Shown: positions 8,884 to 19,740, numbered from the stretch's first letter. The stretch is DNA of 64,000 bases from Rhodospirillaceae bacterium (GCA_008012315.1 SSEL01000033.1:5716-69715), one strand, 5' to 3'. A program made the numbers and translations. The notes: generated by a model not told the origin, from the letters alone.

Positions 8884-10809
8884 GTGGGGAAAGCGGGACG
8901 TAGCACTAACTGTTTGACGGGGAAATATCCGGCAAAACCAGGTCGGGCGATCGGGCAATGGAACTCTCGGGCTCTCGCAAAATACTGGGCTGTAGGTGCA
9001 CTTTTCATCGGCGGCATGATCACCGCGCCACATACGGCCTTGGCACTCTCCTACGAGACGAAGGTCAATGCCCTCAAGGACGCCACGCTTGAGCAAGCCG
9101 TCAATGCAAGCTCCACACTGATCGAGCTGAAAGAGTCGCCACCCGATAGCCTGCTGGGACTTTACCGGCGCGCCAATGAAGATGTCGATCGATTGCAAAA
9201 AGCGCTGCGGTCTTCCGGCTATTATGACGGCTCGGTCGAAATCCGCATCGACGGCCGCCTGGTCAGCGAAGGCGCGCCCAGCGATGAAGATGAAAGCAAA
9301 AAGTCCTCGCAGCCGATCAAGGTCGACATCAAATTGCGTCCGGGCGAGCTTTATCGCCTCGACAAAGTATCGCTGACGATGAAAAGCGACTTGCCGCGCC
9401 GGCTGAAGCCAGCCTTGAATGCCGGCAGTCCGGCCCGGGCCGACGATATCCTGGCTGAGCGTGACCGCCTGTTGAACGCCATACTGCCGCAAGGCTTTCC
9501 CTTCGCCAAAGTCGAATTGCAGCCCGCTGTCGTCGATCACGCCCATCACAAGGTATCCGTCACGTATGAGGTCGATCCGGGACCACGCGCAACCATGGGC
9601 CCCGTCACGGTGAAGGGCCTGAAACGTGTCGATCCAAAATTCGTGCAGCGGCGCGTCGATTTTCCGCCGGGAGAAAAATATTCGCCGGATAAACTGAACG
9701 AGTTGCGGGAAGAATTACGGGCGACGGATCTTTTCAGCGCCGTGAAATTGACGCCGGCCGATAAGCTCAACGACAAAGGCGAGTTGCCGATCGAGGTCGA
9801 GGTGACCGAGCGCGACCGGCACTTCATCGGTTTCGGCGCCAATTATTCGACCAATGACGGGGCCGGCGGCAGCATTTACTGGGGCCATCGCAACCTGTTC
9901 GGCGGCGGTGAAAGATTGCGCCTGCAAGCCGATGTCTCCGGTCTGATCGAAAACGACCTCAGCGAAACCAACTACTCGGCCTCCGCGGCATTCCGGAAGC
10001 CCGATTTCCTGACGCTGGATCAGGATCTACTCTCCGGCCTCTCGCTGACGCAGCAATATGACGAGGACACTTTCGACAAGAAGGCGGCAACGGCAACGGT
10101 CGGCATCGAGCGTAGATTGAGCAAGACGGTCAGTGTTACCGGCGGCCTGGAGATCGAAAAATCCCAGATCACAGATCATACGGATGACGACGGCACGCAG
10201 GACTTCTTTCTGTTTGGCCCCACCGGGTCGATCAAGCGCGACACCAGCAATGACCTTCTGAACCCGACCAAGGGAACGCGCCTGGAATTTGCCGCCGCAG
10301 CCTTTCCCGAAATACTCGGTTCCAGCCAGAATGTCTTCACGACGCGGGCGACCGGCACCGGATACCTCAATCTAGTCGGCAGAGGCGATCTTGTCTTGGC
10401 CGGCCGGTTATCCGCCGCCAATGCTTTCGGCGGCAAAACCAAGGATCTTCCGGCCGATCGACGCCTCTATGCGGGCGGCGGCGGATCGGTGCGCGGCTAC
10501 GAATTCCGCTCGATCAGCCCGGAAAACTCCAATGGCGATTTGACCGGCGGCCGCAGCGCCGTCGAAGGCAGCATCGAACTGCGCTACCGGTTTCTTGGCG
10601 ATTTCGGCGTCGTTCCGTTCCTTGATGCCGGCACCGTCTCGGACGAAGTTTTTCCGGCCTTCGATGAAACCATTCAATATGCCGGAGGCATCGGTTTGCG
10701 TTATTATACCGCCATCGGCCCGATCCGTGCCGATTTTGCCGTGCCGCTCAACCCACGTAGCGACGACGACAAATTCGCCTTCTATGTCAGCATCGGGCAG
10801 GCTTTCTGA
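8884..10809 (+). CDS. tamA: Autotransporter assembly outer-membrane protein TamA (Omp85 family)
   Basis: POTRA-like region, YAGGGGSVRGYEF motif, GIGLRYYTAIGPIRADFA, terminal FYVSIGQAF; overlaps the tamB start. Start codon uncertain. Confidence 0.9.
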   Translation: MGKAGRSTNCLTGKYPAKPGRAIGQWNSRALAKYWAVGALFIGGMITAPHTALALSYETKVNALKDATLEQAVNASSTLIELKESPPDSLLGLYRRANEDVDRLQKALRSSGYYDGSVEIRIDGRLVSEGAPSDEDESKKSSQPIKVDIKLRPGELYRLDKVSLTMKSDLPRRLKPALNAGSPARADDILAERDRLLNAILPQGFPFAKVELQPAVVDHAHHKVSVTYEVDPGPRATMGPVTVKGLKRVDPKFVQRRVDFPPGEKYSPDKLNELREELRATDLFSAVKLTPADKLNDKGELPIEVEVTERDRHFIGFGANYSTNDGAGGSIYWGHRNLFGGGERLRLQADVSGLIENDLSETNYSASAAFRKPDFLTLDQDLLSGLSLTQQYDEDTFDKKAATATVGIERRLSKTVSVTGGLEIEKSQITDHTDDDGTQDFFLFGPTGSIKRDTSNDLLNPTKGTRLEFAAAAFPEILGSSQNVFTTRATGTGYLNLVGRGDLVLAGRLSAANAFGGKTKDLPADRRLYAGGGGSVRGYEFRSISPENSNGDLTGGRSAVEGSIELRYRFLGDFGVVPFLDAGTVSDEVFPAFDETIQYAGGIGLRYYTAIGPIRADFAVPLNPRSDDDKFAFYVSIGQAF

Positions 10810-13800
10810 TGCGACGCATTATTTACATCGTTCTCGCTCTTATCATTATTTTACCGCTGCTGGCGATCAGCGGTATCTTCGCCTATCTGCAAACCGAAGC
10901 CGGCCGGCAACAAATCCTTTCTCTGGTGCGAGACCAAACCGCAGCCGGTCCCGTTCACATCGAAGCCGGCAAGATCGAAGGCCTGATTCCCTTCGACATG
11001 AAACTGGTGGATATCAAGCTGTCGGATACGCAGGGCATCTGGCTGGAAGCGGATCAGCTTCACCTCGCCTGGTCGCCAAGCCGGCTGTTCGCGCGACAAG
11101 TCCGGATCGACGATGTGAGCGCGGGGACGATTTCCCTGCACCGTTTGCCGGATATTCCGCCCTCGACGGAACCGGAGCCGGCCAGGCCGGATGAAGGGCC
11201 GCTGCTGCCATCCCTGCCCGTGACGATCGATCTCCAGCACCTCGCCATCGACCGGATCGATCTGGGTCAGCCGGTTCTGGGCGAGGCGGCGAGCTTTACC
11301 CTGGGCGCCGCAGCCTCGCTTGGCCATCCATCCGACGGCTTGATGGCCAAGCTCTCGTTGAAGCGCCTCGATCAGGATAACGATCAAGTCACGGCGGATC
11401 TCGCCTATCGCCCGAGCGATGACTTTCTGAAGGTGCAGCTCCAGGTTCAAGAACCTCAAGGTGGCTTGATCACCCGTCTGGCCGCCCTGCCCGGCACGCC
11501 CAATTTCCAGGTGACGGCCAATGGCGAGGGACCATTGACCAATTGGCAGGGCAAAGCCTCGGTACGCCTCAATGACCAGGATGTCCTGGCGTTGCAGGCG
11601 ACGACGACGGGCGAAAGCGCCAACCGCAAGATCGCCTTCACCGCAACCAGCGATCCGCGCCCGTTCGTGCCGCAGCAGATCACGCCCCTGGTCGAAGGCG
11701 GTATCAAAACGGCCGGCGAGATCCGGCTCGACCAGGCCGGCGGCCTCATCAATATCGACCGCCTGCAAATCGACAGCCGCGCGGCATCGATTGCCGCCCA
11801 GGGTTCCATCGGTCTCGAACAGCCGGGCGATTTGCATCTGCAGATTACCTCTTCGACTCCGGAGGTTTTCGCCACATTGGCGCCGGGAGTCACCTGGAAA
11901 ACGGTTTCGATCGACGGCCGGGTGACGGGCAAGATCGCCGTGCCGACCGCCGATATCACCGCATCGATCAGCGATCTCGCTGCCGCGGACCAGAAGATCG
12001 GTGCGACGAAATTGGATGTGCATGCAGCACCGCGCGGCTCGCTGGACCAGCCGATCGATCTGACCGCAAGCCTGCAATTGGCCGATATCACGCCGGCAGA
12101 TGCGCAGTTGAAGTCGGTCCTTGAGGCCGGCATCAATCTGGCGCTATCCGGCTCCCTCACCAAAAGCGGCGATATCGATCTGCCGAAGATCGAGCTGCGC
12201 GCCGGGACGGTGGCGCTGGATGCCGATGCATCGGCGACGCAATGGGGGGGTGATAAAGCGCATCTCAGCGGCAAGCTGAGCGCTTCCGATATCGCGCCGC
12301 TTGCCGCCTTGGCCGGGATGACCGGCAAAGGCAGCCTGGATCTGGATATCCTGGCCGATAACAGCCCCTCAGGTGCTGCCTTGACCATCAAGGGCGCCGC
12401 CGCCGACTTGTCCCTCGGTCAGGCGATGCTCGACGGCTTGTTGGGACCGGCGCCAAAACTTGCAGTCGATGTATCCCGCGACGCCAAGGGCCAGATCGAT
12501 ATCCGGCAGTTCAACCTCGCCGCCAAATCGCTGCAGGCGGAAGCAACCGGCTCCGTCACCGACGACAAGATCGATGTGACGGCGAAAGCAGGTCTCTCCA
12601 ATCTGTCGGTCTTCGACCCCAAGGCCAATGGCGCGGTTGCGCTGGACTTGACGGCCTCGGGCACGATGGATGCGCCCAAGGCGAATGTGAAGCTGACCAG
12701 CAACCGGATTCGCTACGACACCTATAACGTGGCGGCCTTGAACGTCACGGCGCAAGGTGAAGACCTGAAGACAGCGCCGCGCTTGAGCGTCGATGGCAAG
12801 GCTCGCGTGAACGACCTGCCGGCGACGATCGGCGCCAGGATCGAAATGCAGGCCGACCATAAACAGATGTCATTATCCAGCTTGATGGCGCAAGTGGGCA
12901 AGACCACCGTGCAGGGAAAGGCCAGCCTCGCCGATAATCTGACAAAAGGGGCTTTCAAGCTGAACAGCCCGGACCTCAGCGAGTTGGGTCGTCTGGCAGG
13001 CCTTGCCTTGCAGGGTTCGGTCTCTGCCGATATCGCCCTTCAACCGGATGGCAAACGGCAAGGCGCCAAACTGAATATGATGGCGCAAAAGATCGCCTTC
13101 CAGGACAGCGTCAAGGTCGAGGAAACCAGGCTGGCGGCACAGGTCGCCGACGCTTTGGGTACACCCAATCTCGATGCGAAACTGACGGTCCGAAATCTCG
13201 ATGTGCCGCAGCGCCATCTGGATACGGTGGCAGTGACCGCAAAGGGCCCCGTCTCGCGCATGGCGCTGACGACGACGGCTTCCGGTCCCGAAACGGCCCT
13301 GGACCTGGCGGCTGCGTTCAGCAATACGAAGTCGGGCCAGACCATCGACCTGACCAAGCTCGATCTTTCCATGCAGCAGGAGAAGATCTCGCTCGCCAAA
13401 CCGGCGCAGGTCGTCCTCTCCAATGGAACGACAGAGGTCAAAGGCCTGTCCTTGAAGACCGGTGGCGGCAGCGTGACGGCCGATGCCAAGCTTGCCAAGG
13501 ACCGCAACGATGCCTCCGTGCTGATCAGCAAGCTGCCGCTGTCGCTGGCACGCATTGCCGATCCGTCGCTGCAAATCGCCGGTACGATCAGCGGCAATCT
13601 GCGGCTCTCCGGCTCACACCGCACGCCCGTCGCGCAAATGTCGCTGACCGGTGACAAGATCGCCATGCGCGATGTGCCGATGCAGCCGATCGACTTGAAG
13701 GTGAATGGCGATTGGCAGGGCGGCCGCCTGCAAAGCAATGGCCACATCGATCTCGGCGGCTCCGGCAGTGTACTCGATCTTTCCGCTGCTCTGCCCCTGC

Positions 13801-15155
13801 CCGCCGATCCGGCCAGCGGTTTTCCCACTGTCGATACCAATGCCGCCCTCCAGGCGCGGGCGAAAGGACAGGTCGACCTGGCTCTGGCCAATGCCATGCT
13901 GGCGGGCGGTGCCGATCGCCTGGGCGGCCGCGCCAATATCGATGTCACCGCCAGCGGCACCATGAATGCCCCAGTCCTCGCCGGCGGCGTCGAGCTGCAA
14001 AACGGCACATATGAGAATGTCCGTTACGGCGTGAAGCTGCGCAGCATGCAGGCGAAGGTGCAGGCCAACGGCCCGCAGGTCAATCTGGTGTCATTCGGCG
14101 CCAAGACACCGGGCGGCGGGTCGATCTCCGGTTCGGGACAGATCGGCCTTACCGGCGATCAGCCGATCAACTTGAAGATCGGCGCCTCGCAAGCCCAGCT
14201 CATCAATACCGAGATGGCGATGGCGGTGACCGATGCCGATCTCGCCATCGACGGGACGTTGAAGGAAGAGATCACGCTTGGCGGCACGGTCAAGATCGAC
14301 CGGGCGGAAATCCGCATCCCGGACAGCCTGCCACCTAGCGTGCAGCAGATTCCGGTGGTGGAGATCAACGGCTCGGAAAAGCAGATGGCCAAGGCCGATG
14401 CCGCGAAGCAACCGCCGGCCAAAACGCTTGGCATCAAGCTCAACCTGACGATCGATGCGCCACAACAGGTCGCAATCCGGGGCCGTGGCCTGGATGCCGA
14501 ACTCGGCGGCAACATGAAGGTGACGGGAACCGCCAATCAGCCGATCATCAACGGCGCTCTCAAAATGCGCCGCGGTGAGCTGGATCTGCTCGGCCGCAAT
14601 CTCAATTTCGATCGCGGGCAGGTCACTTTCGACGGTGGCGAAGTGATCGACCCGCTGCTTGATTTCGAGGCCAAGACCAAAGCCGAGAGCTATGACATCA
14701 TCGTGAATGTCGGCGGCAGCGCCAGCGCGCCGAAATTCGCCCTGACCTCCTCCCCCGCTTTGCCCCAGGATGAGATTCTGGCGCGCCTGCTGTTCGGCAA
14801 GGCCGCCGGCTCGCTGACCGCCTTGGAAGCGCTTCAGCTCGCCCAGGCCACGGCCCAGCTCGCCGGCATCGAATCCGGCCCGGGCATCCTGGACAAGGTG
14901 CGGCAGGCGACCGGCCTCGATCGCCTCAGTGTCGATTCCGGCGATACCGATGATGCCGGCAAGGGAACCGGCCCCAGCCTCAGTGCCGGCCGGTATGTCA
15001 GCGAGGGCGTTTATGTCGGCGTGAAACAGGGGACCCAGGCCGGCACCAGCGCGGCGACGGTGGAAATCGACATAACACCGCATGTGAAGCTGCAAACCGA
15101 TGTGGGGGCCGATTCCGGCAGCAAAGCGGGCGTCAATATGCAATGGGATTATTGA
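10809..15155 (+). CDS. tamB: Translocation and assembly module protein TamB (DUF490)
   Basis: N-terminal TM anchor, 1448 aa of beta-rich repeats, C-terminal LPQDEILARLLFG...AGRYVSEGVYVGV...WDY; coupled to tamA. Confidence 0.9.
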   Translation: MRRIIYIVLALIIILPLLAISGIFAYLQTEAGRQQILSLVRDQTAAGPVHIEAGKIEGLIPFDMKLVDIKLSDTQGIWLEADQLHLAWSPSRLFARQVRIDDVSAGTISLHRLPDIPPSTEPEPARPDEGPLLPSLPVTIDLQHLAIDRIDLGQPVLGEAASFTLGAAASLGHPSDGLMAKLSLKRLDQDNDQVTADLAYRPSDDFLKVQLQVQEPQGGLITRLAALPGTPNFQVTANGEGPLTNWQGKASVRLNDQDVLALQATTTGESANRKIAFTATSDPRPFVPQQITPLVEGGIKTAGEIRLDQAGGLINIDRLQIDSRAASIAAQGSIGLEQPGDLHLQITSSTPEVFATLAPGVTWKTVSIDGRVTGKIAVPTADITASISDLAAADQKIGATKLDVHAAPRGSLDQPIDLTASLQLADITPADAQLKSVLEAGINLALSGSLTKSGDIDLPKIELRAGTVALDADASATQWGGDKAHLSGKLSASDIAPLAALAGMTGKGSLDLDILADNSPSGAALTIKGAAADLSLGQAMLDGLLGPAPKLAVDVSRDAKGQIDIRQFNLAAKSLQAEATGSVTDDKIDVTAKAGLSNLSVFDPKANGAVALDLTASGTMDAPKANVKLTSNRIRYDTYNVAALNVTAQGEDLKTAPRLSVDGKARVNDLPATIGARIEMQADHKQMSLSSLMAQVGKTTVQGKASLADNLTKGAFKLNSPDLSELGRLAGLALQGSVSADIALQPDGKRQGAKLNMMAQKIAFQDSVKVEETRLAAQVADALGTPNLDAKLTVRNLDVPQRHLDTVAVTAKGPVSRMALTTTASGPETALDLAAAFSNTKSGQTIDLTKLDLSMQQEKISLAKPAQVVLSNGTTEVKGLSLKTGGGSVTADAKLAKDRNDASVLISKLPLSLARIADPSLQIAGTISGNLRLSGSHRTPVAQMSLTGDKIAMRDVPMQPIDLKVNGDWQGGRLQSNGHIDLGGSGSVLDLSAALPLPADPASGFPTVDTNAALQARAKGQVDLALANAMLAGGADRLGGRANIDVTASGTMNAPVLAGGVELQNGTYENVRYGVKLRSMQAKVQANGPQVNLVSFGAKTPGGGSISGSGQIGLTGDQPINLKIGASQAQLINTEMAMAVTDADLAIDGTLKEEITLGGTVKIDRAEIRIPDSLPPSVQQIPVVEINGSEKQMAKADAAKQPPAKTLGIKLNLTIDAPQQVAIRGRGLDAELGGNMKVTGTANQPIINGALKMRRGELDLLGRNLNFDRGQVTFDGGEVIDPLLDFEAKTKAESYDIIVNVGGSASAPKFALTSSPALPQDEILARLLFGKAAGSLTALEALQLAQATAQLAGIESGPGILDKVRQATGLDRLSVDSGDTDDAGKGTGPSLSAGRYVSEGVYVGVKQGTQAGTSAATVEIDITPHVKLQTDVGADSGSKAGVNMQWDY

Positions 15156-15227
15156 ACGGATCGCCGCCGTTTTTTTGCCAACATCCTCCGGCATATCTAG
15201 CCGGAAAATGTTCCAAACTGAGGAAAC

Positions 15228-15824
15228 GTGATCTTGATCGATGCCGTCATTTTCGATTTCGGTGGTGTGCTGGTCGACTGGAATCCGGAATATCTCTATC
15301 GGAAACTGATTTCCGATGCTGACCAGCGCCGTCATTTCCTGACGGAGATCTGCTCACCGGATTGGAACTACGAACAGGATCGCGGGCGCGACTGGGCCGC
15401 GGCGATCGCCATGAAAGTCGCCGAACATCCGCAACACGCGCCGCTCATCCGTGCTTATCGTGACAGATGGCCGGAAATGTGCCGCGGCACGATCGAAAGC
15501 GGCGTCGCGCTGCACCGCCAGCTGAAAACCGCGGGCATTCCCTTATATGGCCTGACCAACTGGTCGGCCGAGACCTTCGAGATCGGATCGCGCCTGTTTC
15601 CGATTTTGAACGATTTTCGCTATGTCGCGGTTTCAGGCCGTCTAAAGATGGTCAAGCCCGATCCGGAGATTTACCTGCATCTCCTGAGAAATTGCGGCCT
15701 CATCGCGGAACGCTGCGTCTTCCTGGATGACAGCCTGCGGAATGTGGAAGCCGCACGAGCCCTCGGCTTACATGCCATCCACTTCACCGACGGCCAGAGC
15801 CAGGCGCGACCTTGCGTGAATTAG
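15228..15824 (+). CDS. HAD-superfamily hydrolase/phosphatase; the last codons are possibly frameshifted (restored stop would be 15838)
   Basis: FDFGGVL motif I, LTNWS motif II, KPDPEIY motif III, FLDDS motif IV. Confidence 0.88.
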   Translation: MILIDAVIFDFGGVLVDWNPEYLYRKLISDADQRRHFLTEICSPDWNYEQDRGRDWAAAIAMKVAEHPQHAPLIRAYRDRWPEMCRGTIESGVALHRQLKTAGIPLYGLTNWSAETFEIGSRLFPILNDFRYVAVSGRLKMVKPDPEIYLHLLRNCGLIAERCVFLDDSLRNVEAARALGLHAIHFTDGQSQARPCVN

Positions 15825-15848
15825 GCCTGCGAATCTAAGCCGCCACGC

Positions 15849-17216
15849 TCAGCCGGCGTGAAGCTCCATGAGCGAATTCCGGCACCAGGCGCCGGCAGAT
15901 TGCTCGCGCACAATCGTCTGCAAGGCCTTGTTGCGCGCCTGACGTTCGTCAAGCGGCATGGTCAGCGCCTGATGGATCGCTTCGGCGATCTCATCGGGAT
16001 CGTAGGGATTGATGATGATCGCCTGGTCCAGGCTTTCCGCCGCGCCGGCGAATTTCGACAGGATCAGAACCCCCGGATCCTCCTCGTTCTGTGCCGCGAC
16101 ATATTCCTTGGCGACCAGGTTCATGCCGTCGCGCAACGGTGTCACCAACCCGACATGGGCATTGCGATAGAATCCCGCCAACAAGGATCGTGGCAGGCTG
16201 CGGGTCATGTAGCGCAGCGGCACCCAATCGAACTCGGCGAACTTGCCGTTCACCTTGCCGCACAGCCGGTCGAGATCGCGCTTGAGATTCTGGTAGCGAA
16301 TGACGTCTTCGCGCGATCGCGCAGCGACCTGCAGATAGCTGACTTTCAAGCGATGCTGGGGGAAACGATCGAAGAGCCGTGAATAGGCTTCAAATCGATT
16401 GGTCAGGCCCTTGGAATAGTCGAGGCGATCGACCCCAACGATCAATTGCCGGCCAACCAGACTTTCATGCAGCCGCTGTGTCTCCTTGCTGTTGCTGGCA
16501 ACCTCTGCCGCTCTGGCGAAAGCATCCGCATCGATCCCGACCGGGATGGCCACCGCCCGCACGGAGCGCTTGCCGGTGCTCAAAGTCTGGCCGGATGTCG
16601 CCTTGGCGCCGGTATATTGCGCCGCGCAGGCCATGAAATTGCGCTTATCCGCTTCGGTCTGAAAGCCAACGACATCATAATCGCAGAGATTGGAAACGAT
16701 CGCCTCGGCGCAGGGCAAGGCATCCATGATCGCCGTCGGCGCGAAGGGAATATGCAGATAGAATCCCATCCGCTGCATTTGATTCCGGCGGCGCAATGCC
16801 GTTGCCAGCGGAATGAGATGGTAGTCGTGAATCCAGATGACATCATCAGGCCGCAGCAACGGTGCGAGGGCGGCGGCGAAATCCTCATTCGTCTTCAAGT
16901 AGCCCTGGTAATCCTCGCGCAAGAAGTCCACCAGGCCGAGGCGGAAATGGAACAGCGGCCATAGCGTGCTGTTGGCAAAGCCGACATAGAAATGCTTGTA
17001 GTCCTGTTCGCCGAGATCGATCGTCGCGACCGTCAGTCGCTTCCCTTCGGTGATGGTGGGTGTCGTGCCGGTTTTCTGGGCGATCTGGCCGCTCCAGCCG
17101 AACCAGAGGACATCGCCCCTCAAGGCTTCCTTCAGAGCGACAGCCAAGCCGCCTGCCTTTTGCTGGCGTTCACTCGGCGGCGCCACCCTGTTCGAGACGA
17201 TTACGAGACGCGCCAT
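15849..17216 (-). CDS. otsA: Trehalose-6-phosphate synthase (GT20)
   Basis: MARLVIVSNRV, GGLAVAL, IWIHDYHL, GVDRLDYSKG, RDGMNLVAKEY motifs; start reset to 17216. Confidence 0.95.
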   Translation of the reverse strand: MARLVIVSNRVAPPSERQQKAGGLAVALKEALRGDVLWFGWSGQIAQKTGTTPTITEGKRLTVATIDLGEQDYKHFYVGFANSTLWPLFHFRLGLVDFLREDYQGYLKTNEDFAAALAPLLRPDDVIWIHDYHLIPLATALRRRNQMQRMGFYLHIPFAPTAIMDALPCAEAIVSNLCDYDVVGFQTEADKRNFMACAAQYTGAKATSGQTLSTGKRSVRAVAIPVGIDADAFARAAEVASNSKETQRLHESLVGRQLIVGVDRLDYSKGLTNRFEAYSRLFDRFPQHRLKVSYLQVAARSREDVIRYQNLKRDLDRLCGKVNGKFAEFDWVPLRYMTRSLPRSLLAGFYRNAHVGLVTPLRDGMNLVAKEYVAAQNEEDPGVLILSKFAGAAESLDQAIIINPYDPDEIAEAIHQALTMPLDERQARNKALQTIVREQSAGAWCRNSLMELHAG

Positions 17217-18994
17217 ACACCCTCCTCCCAACTCCGGCTCAGGCGGAGCGCGGAATGGATCAATCCCACCATTGAATAGGTCTGTGGGAAATTTCCCCAA
17301 AGCTCGCCGGTATCGAGTGCGACATCCTCGCTCAGCAATCCCACGTGATTGCGCAGATCGAGAATGCGTTGGAACAGATCGCGGGCCTCCTGATGGCGGC
17401 CGCAGGCAACCAGGGTATCGACATACCAGAAAGAGCAAACGAGGAAGGCGCTTTCCGGCTTGCCGAAATCATCCGCATCCGTGTAACGCATCATCAACCC
17501 GTTTCGCAGGAGACGCTGTTCGATGATACGCAATGTCGCTAGGAAATGCGGATCATTATATGAGACGAGTCCGATTTCCGGCATCAGCAGCAAGGCGGCA
17601 TCGACTTCCGAGCCACCAAGGCTACCGGCGAAATAGCCGCCTTGTTCATTCCAGGCGCTGGCCATAATCTTTTCGCGGAGTTCCATGGCGCTGCTCAACC
17701 ATTGGGCTGCATCATCGGTTTCTCCGACCTTGCCGGCGATCAGGCCCAGGCGATGCACCGCGGCCCAACACATCATGGCGGAGAAGGTATGCGGCCGGCT
17801 GCGGCCTCGATATTCCCAGATACCGGCGTCCGGCTCCAGGGCCAGACGTTGTGCCATAACCCCGATGGGCCGGAGCTGATGATAGAGGCTGAGATCGCCC
17901 GGTCGCGGCAAACGGTCATCCCAGAACATCTGCGCGGCGGCCAAAATCACCGAACCATAGATATCATTCTGGCGCTGGCCGGCAGCGGCATTGCCGATGC
18001 GCACCGGGCCCATCCCGAGAAACCCGCTGAGGCCGGTGGAAACGATCTCTTCAGTCGATGAGCCAGGCACGATCGGATAAAGCGGTGCCAATTCGCCAAG
18101 TTCCGCCGACAGCACGGCATCCAGCACATAGGTGAGGTAATTCTCCATCGTCAACGTGGCGCCGAGACGATTGAGCGAATGCACGGTGAAGAAGGCGTCG
18201 CGCATCCAGCAATAGCGGTAATCCCAGTTACGCCCGCTCCCCGCATGCTCGGGCAAGGATGTCGTCAGGGCTGCGACGATGGCGCCGGTATCTTCATAGC
18301 TGCATAATTTCAGGGTGATCGCCGCCCTGATGACAGCCGATTGCCATTCGAAAGGAACGGCGAGATCCCGCACCCAATCCTGCCAATAGCCGACGGTCTC
18401 TTCGAGGAATTCCCGCGCCAGCGTATCCGGGCGCTCGGGCACGCTTTCATCGCTGCCGAGGAACAGATTGACCGGCCGGTGCAGGATGAAAGACACCTCC
18501 TGGTCGATATAGGAAACGGGGATATCCGTCGTCAGGCGCAAGACATCCGCGCCGGAGACGAAGCGCATATGGTTGCTGCCGAAAGTCTTGTTCGGCTGCA
18601 TCGTGCCATAACCGAAACTCGGCCGCAGGCGCACGGTGATCCGGCAGCGTCCGTTGAGCGGCTCGATCCGGCGGATGATCATCGGCGGGCGGAACTGCCG
18701 CCCGAAGCGCTTGAAACGGGGCGCAAAATCGACGATCCGCAGGCTGGCGCCATCCTCCGCCGTCAGGATCGTTTCAACGACCGCGGTATTGCGCAGATAG
18801 CGCTGCTCCGAACTGGCGAAGCGGTCGAGCTGCACATCCATGAAACCGGATTGCGGATCAGAATCATTGACCAGCGCATTGAAAGCCGGATCGCTGTCGA
18901 GACGGGGAAAACAGAACCAGACATGCCGTGCCACCTTGTTGATGATGGCGGCGATGGTGCAGTTGCCAATGACGGCAAAATCCATCTGCCTCAT
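17201..18994 (-). CDS. Glycoside hydrolase family 15 (glucoamylase/trehalase-like)
   Basis: GAIVAALTTSLPE, WDYRYCWMRDA, GIWEYR, GLLSED, WGNFPQTYS motifs. Confidence 0.92.
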   Translation of the reverse strand: MRQMDFAVIGNCTIAAIINKVARHVWFCFPRLDSDPAFNALVNDSDPQSGFMDVQLDRFASSEQRYLRNTAVVETILTAEDGASLRIVDFAPRFKRFGRQFRPPMIIRRIEPLNGRCRITVRLRPSFGYGTMQPNKTFGSNHMRFVSGADVLRLTTDIPVSYIDQEVSFILHRPVNLFLGSDESVPERPDTLAREFLEETVGYWQDWVRDLAVPFEWQSAVIRAAITLKLCSYEDTGAIVAALTTSLPEHAGSGRNWDYRYCWMRDAFFTVHSLNRLGATLTMENYLTYVLDAVLSAELGELAPLYPIVPGSSTEEIVSTGLSGFLGMGPVRIGNAAAGQRQNDIYGSVILAAAQMFWDDRLPRPGDLSLYHQLRPIGVMAQRLALEPDAGIWEYRGRSRPHTFSAMMCWAAVHRLGLIAGKVGETDDAAQWLSSAMELREKIMASAWNEQGGYFAGSLGGSEVDAALLLMPEIGLVSYNDPHFLATLRIIEQRLLRNGLMMRYTDADDFGKPESAFLVCSFWYVDTLVACGRHQEARDLFQRILDLRNHVGLLSEDVALDTGELWGNFPQTYSMVGLIHSALRLSRSWEEGVWRVS

Positions 18995-19740
18995 TCCACT
19001 TCCCCTTTTTTCATATCACAGAAATCAGCGAGCCAGGCGCGGACGCAGGCAGGCTGCCCCTTGAAACACCGGTCCACCTGCAAGGCATAACCGCCCAAGG
19101 CTTCAGCGGCGCGGAAACCATCTTCGTCGGTCACATCATCACCGATGAAAACCGGCTTGCGGCCTTCAAATGGCGGTGTGGCCATCAACTGCCGCACGGC
19201 AACGCCTTTGTCCACCTGAGGACGCCGCAACTCGTAAGCCATCTTGGCGGTGAGCACGACGAAGTCACCGCCACTCTCTTCGGCAAGCTCGACAGCAAAA
19301 TCGCGCGCCGCCTCCGCTGCCGAAGGGGCACGGCGGTAATGGATGCTCACACCGCCTGATTTAGGTTCGATCTCCACGCCGGGCCGGGCCTCCGCAAAGC
19401 TGTCGAGACGCGGCTTCCAGGCCGGCGGCCAGACAGGCGAAACCGATGGAGATAGGTCTGATTGGCCGGCATATCGAATGACGGCGCCGTGTTCGGCCGC
19501 AATCGTCAGATCGACCTGGCCAAGCAGCATCTGGACATTTCCCAGCCCCCGGCCGGTGACGATCGCGACAGCGCCCTGCAGGACGGTTTGCACACGCGTC
19601 AGGAGTGACGGCAGCGCAAGCGGGACCCTGACGAGATCAGGAGCCTCCGCAATCTCGATCAATGTTCCATCAAAATCTAAGAACAGCGCCAGATCGGCTG
19701 ACGGCTCAGGTGGAAAGTTGACTGTTTTCCCAGGCGTCAT
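18991..19740 (-). CDS. otsB: Trehalose-6-phosphate phosphatase
   Basis: FLDFDGTL HAD motif, VDKGVAV, FIGDDVTDEDGF; ATGA-coupled to the GH15 gene. Confidence 0.94.
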   Translation of the reverse strand: MTPGKTVNFPPEPSADLALFLDFDGTLIEIAEAPDLVRVPLALPSLLTRVQTVLQGAVAIVTGRGLGNVQMLLGQVDLTIAAEHGAVIRYAGQSDLSPSVSPVWPPAWKPRLDSFAEARPGVEIEPKSGGVSIHYRRAPSAAEAARDFAVELAEESGGDFVVLTAKMAYELRRPQVDKGVAVRQLMATPPFEGRKPVFIGDDVTDEDGFRAAEALGGYALQVDRCFKGQPACVRAWLADFCDMKKGEVE

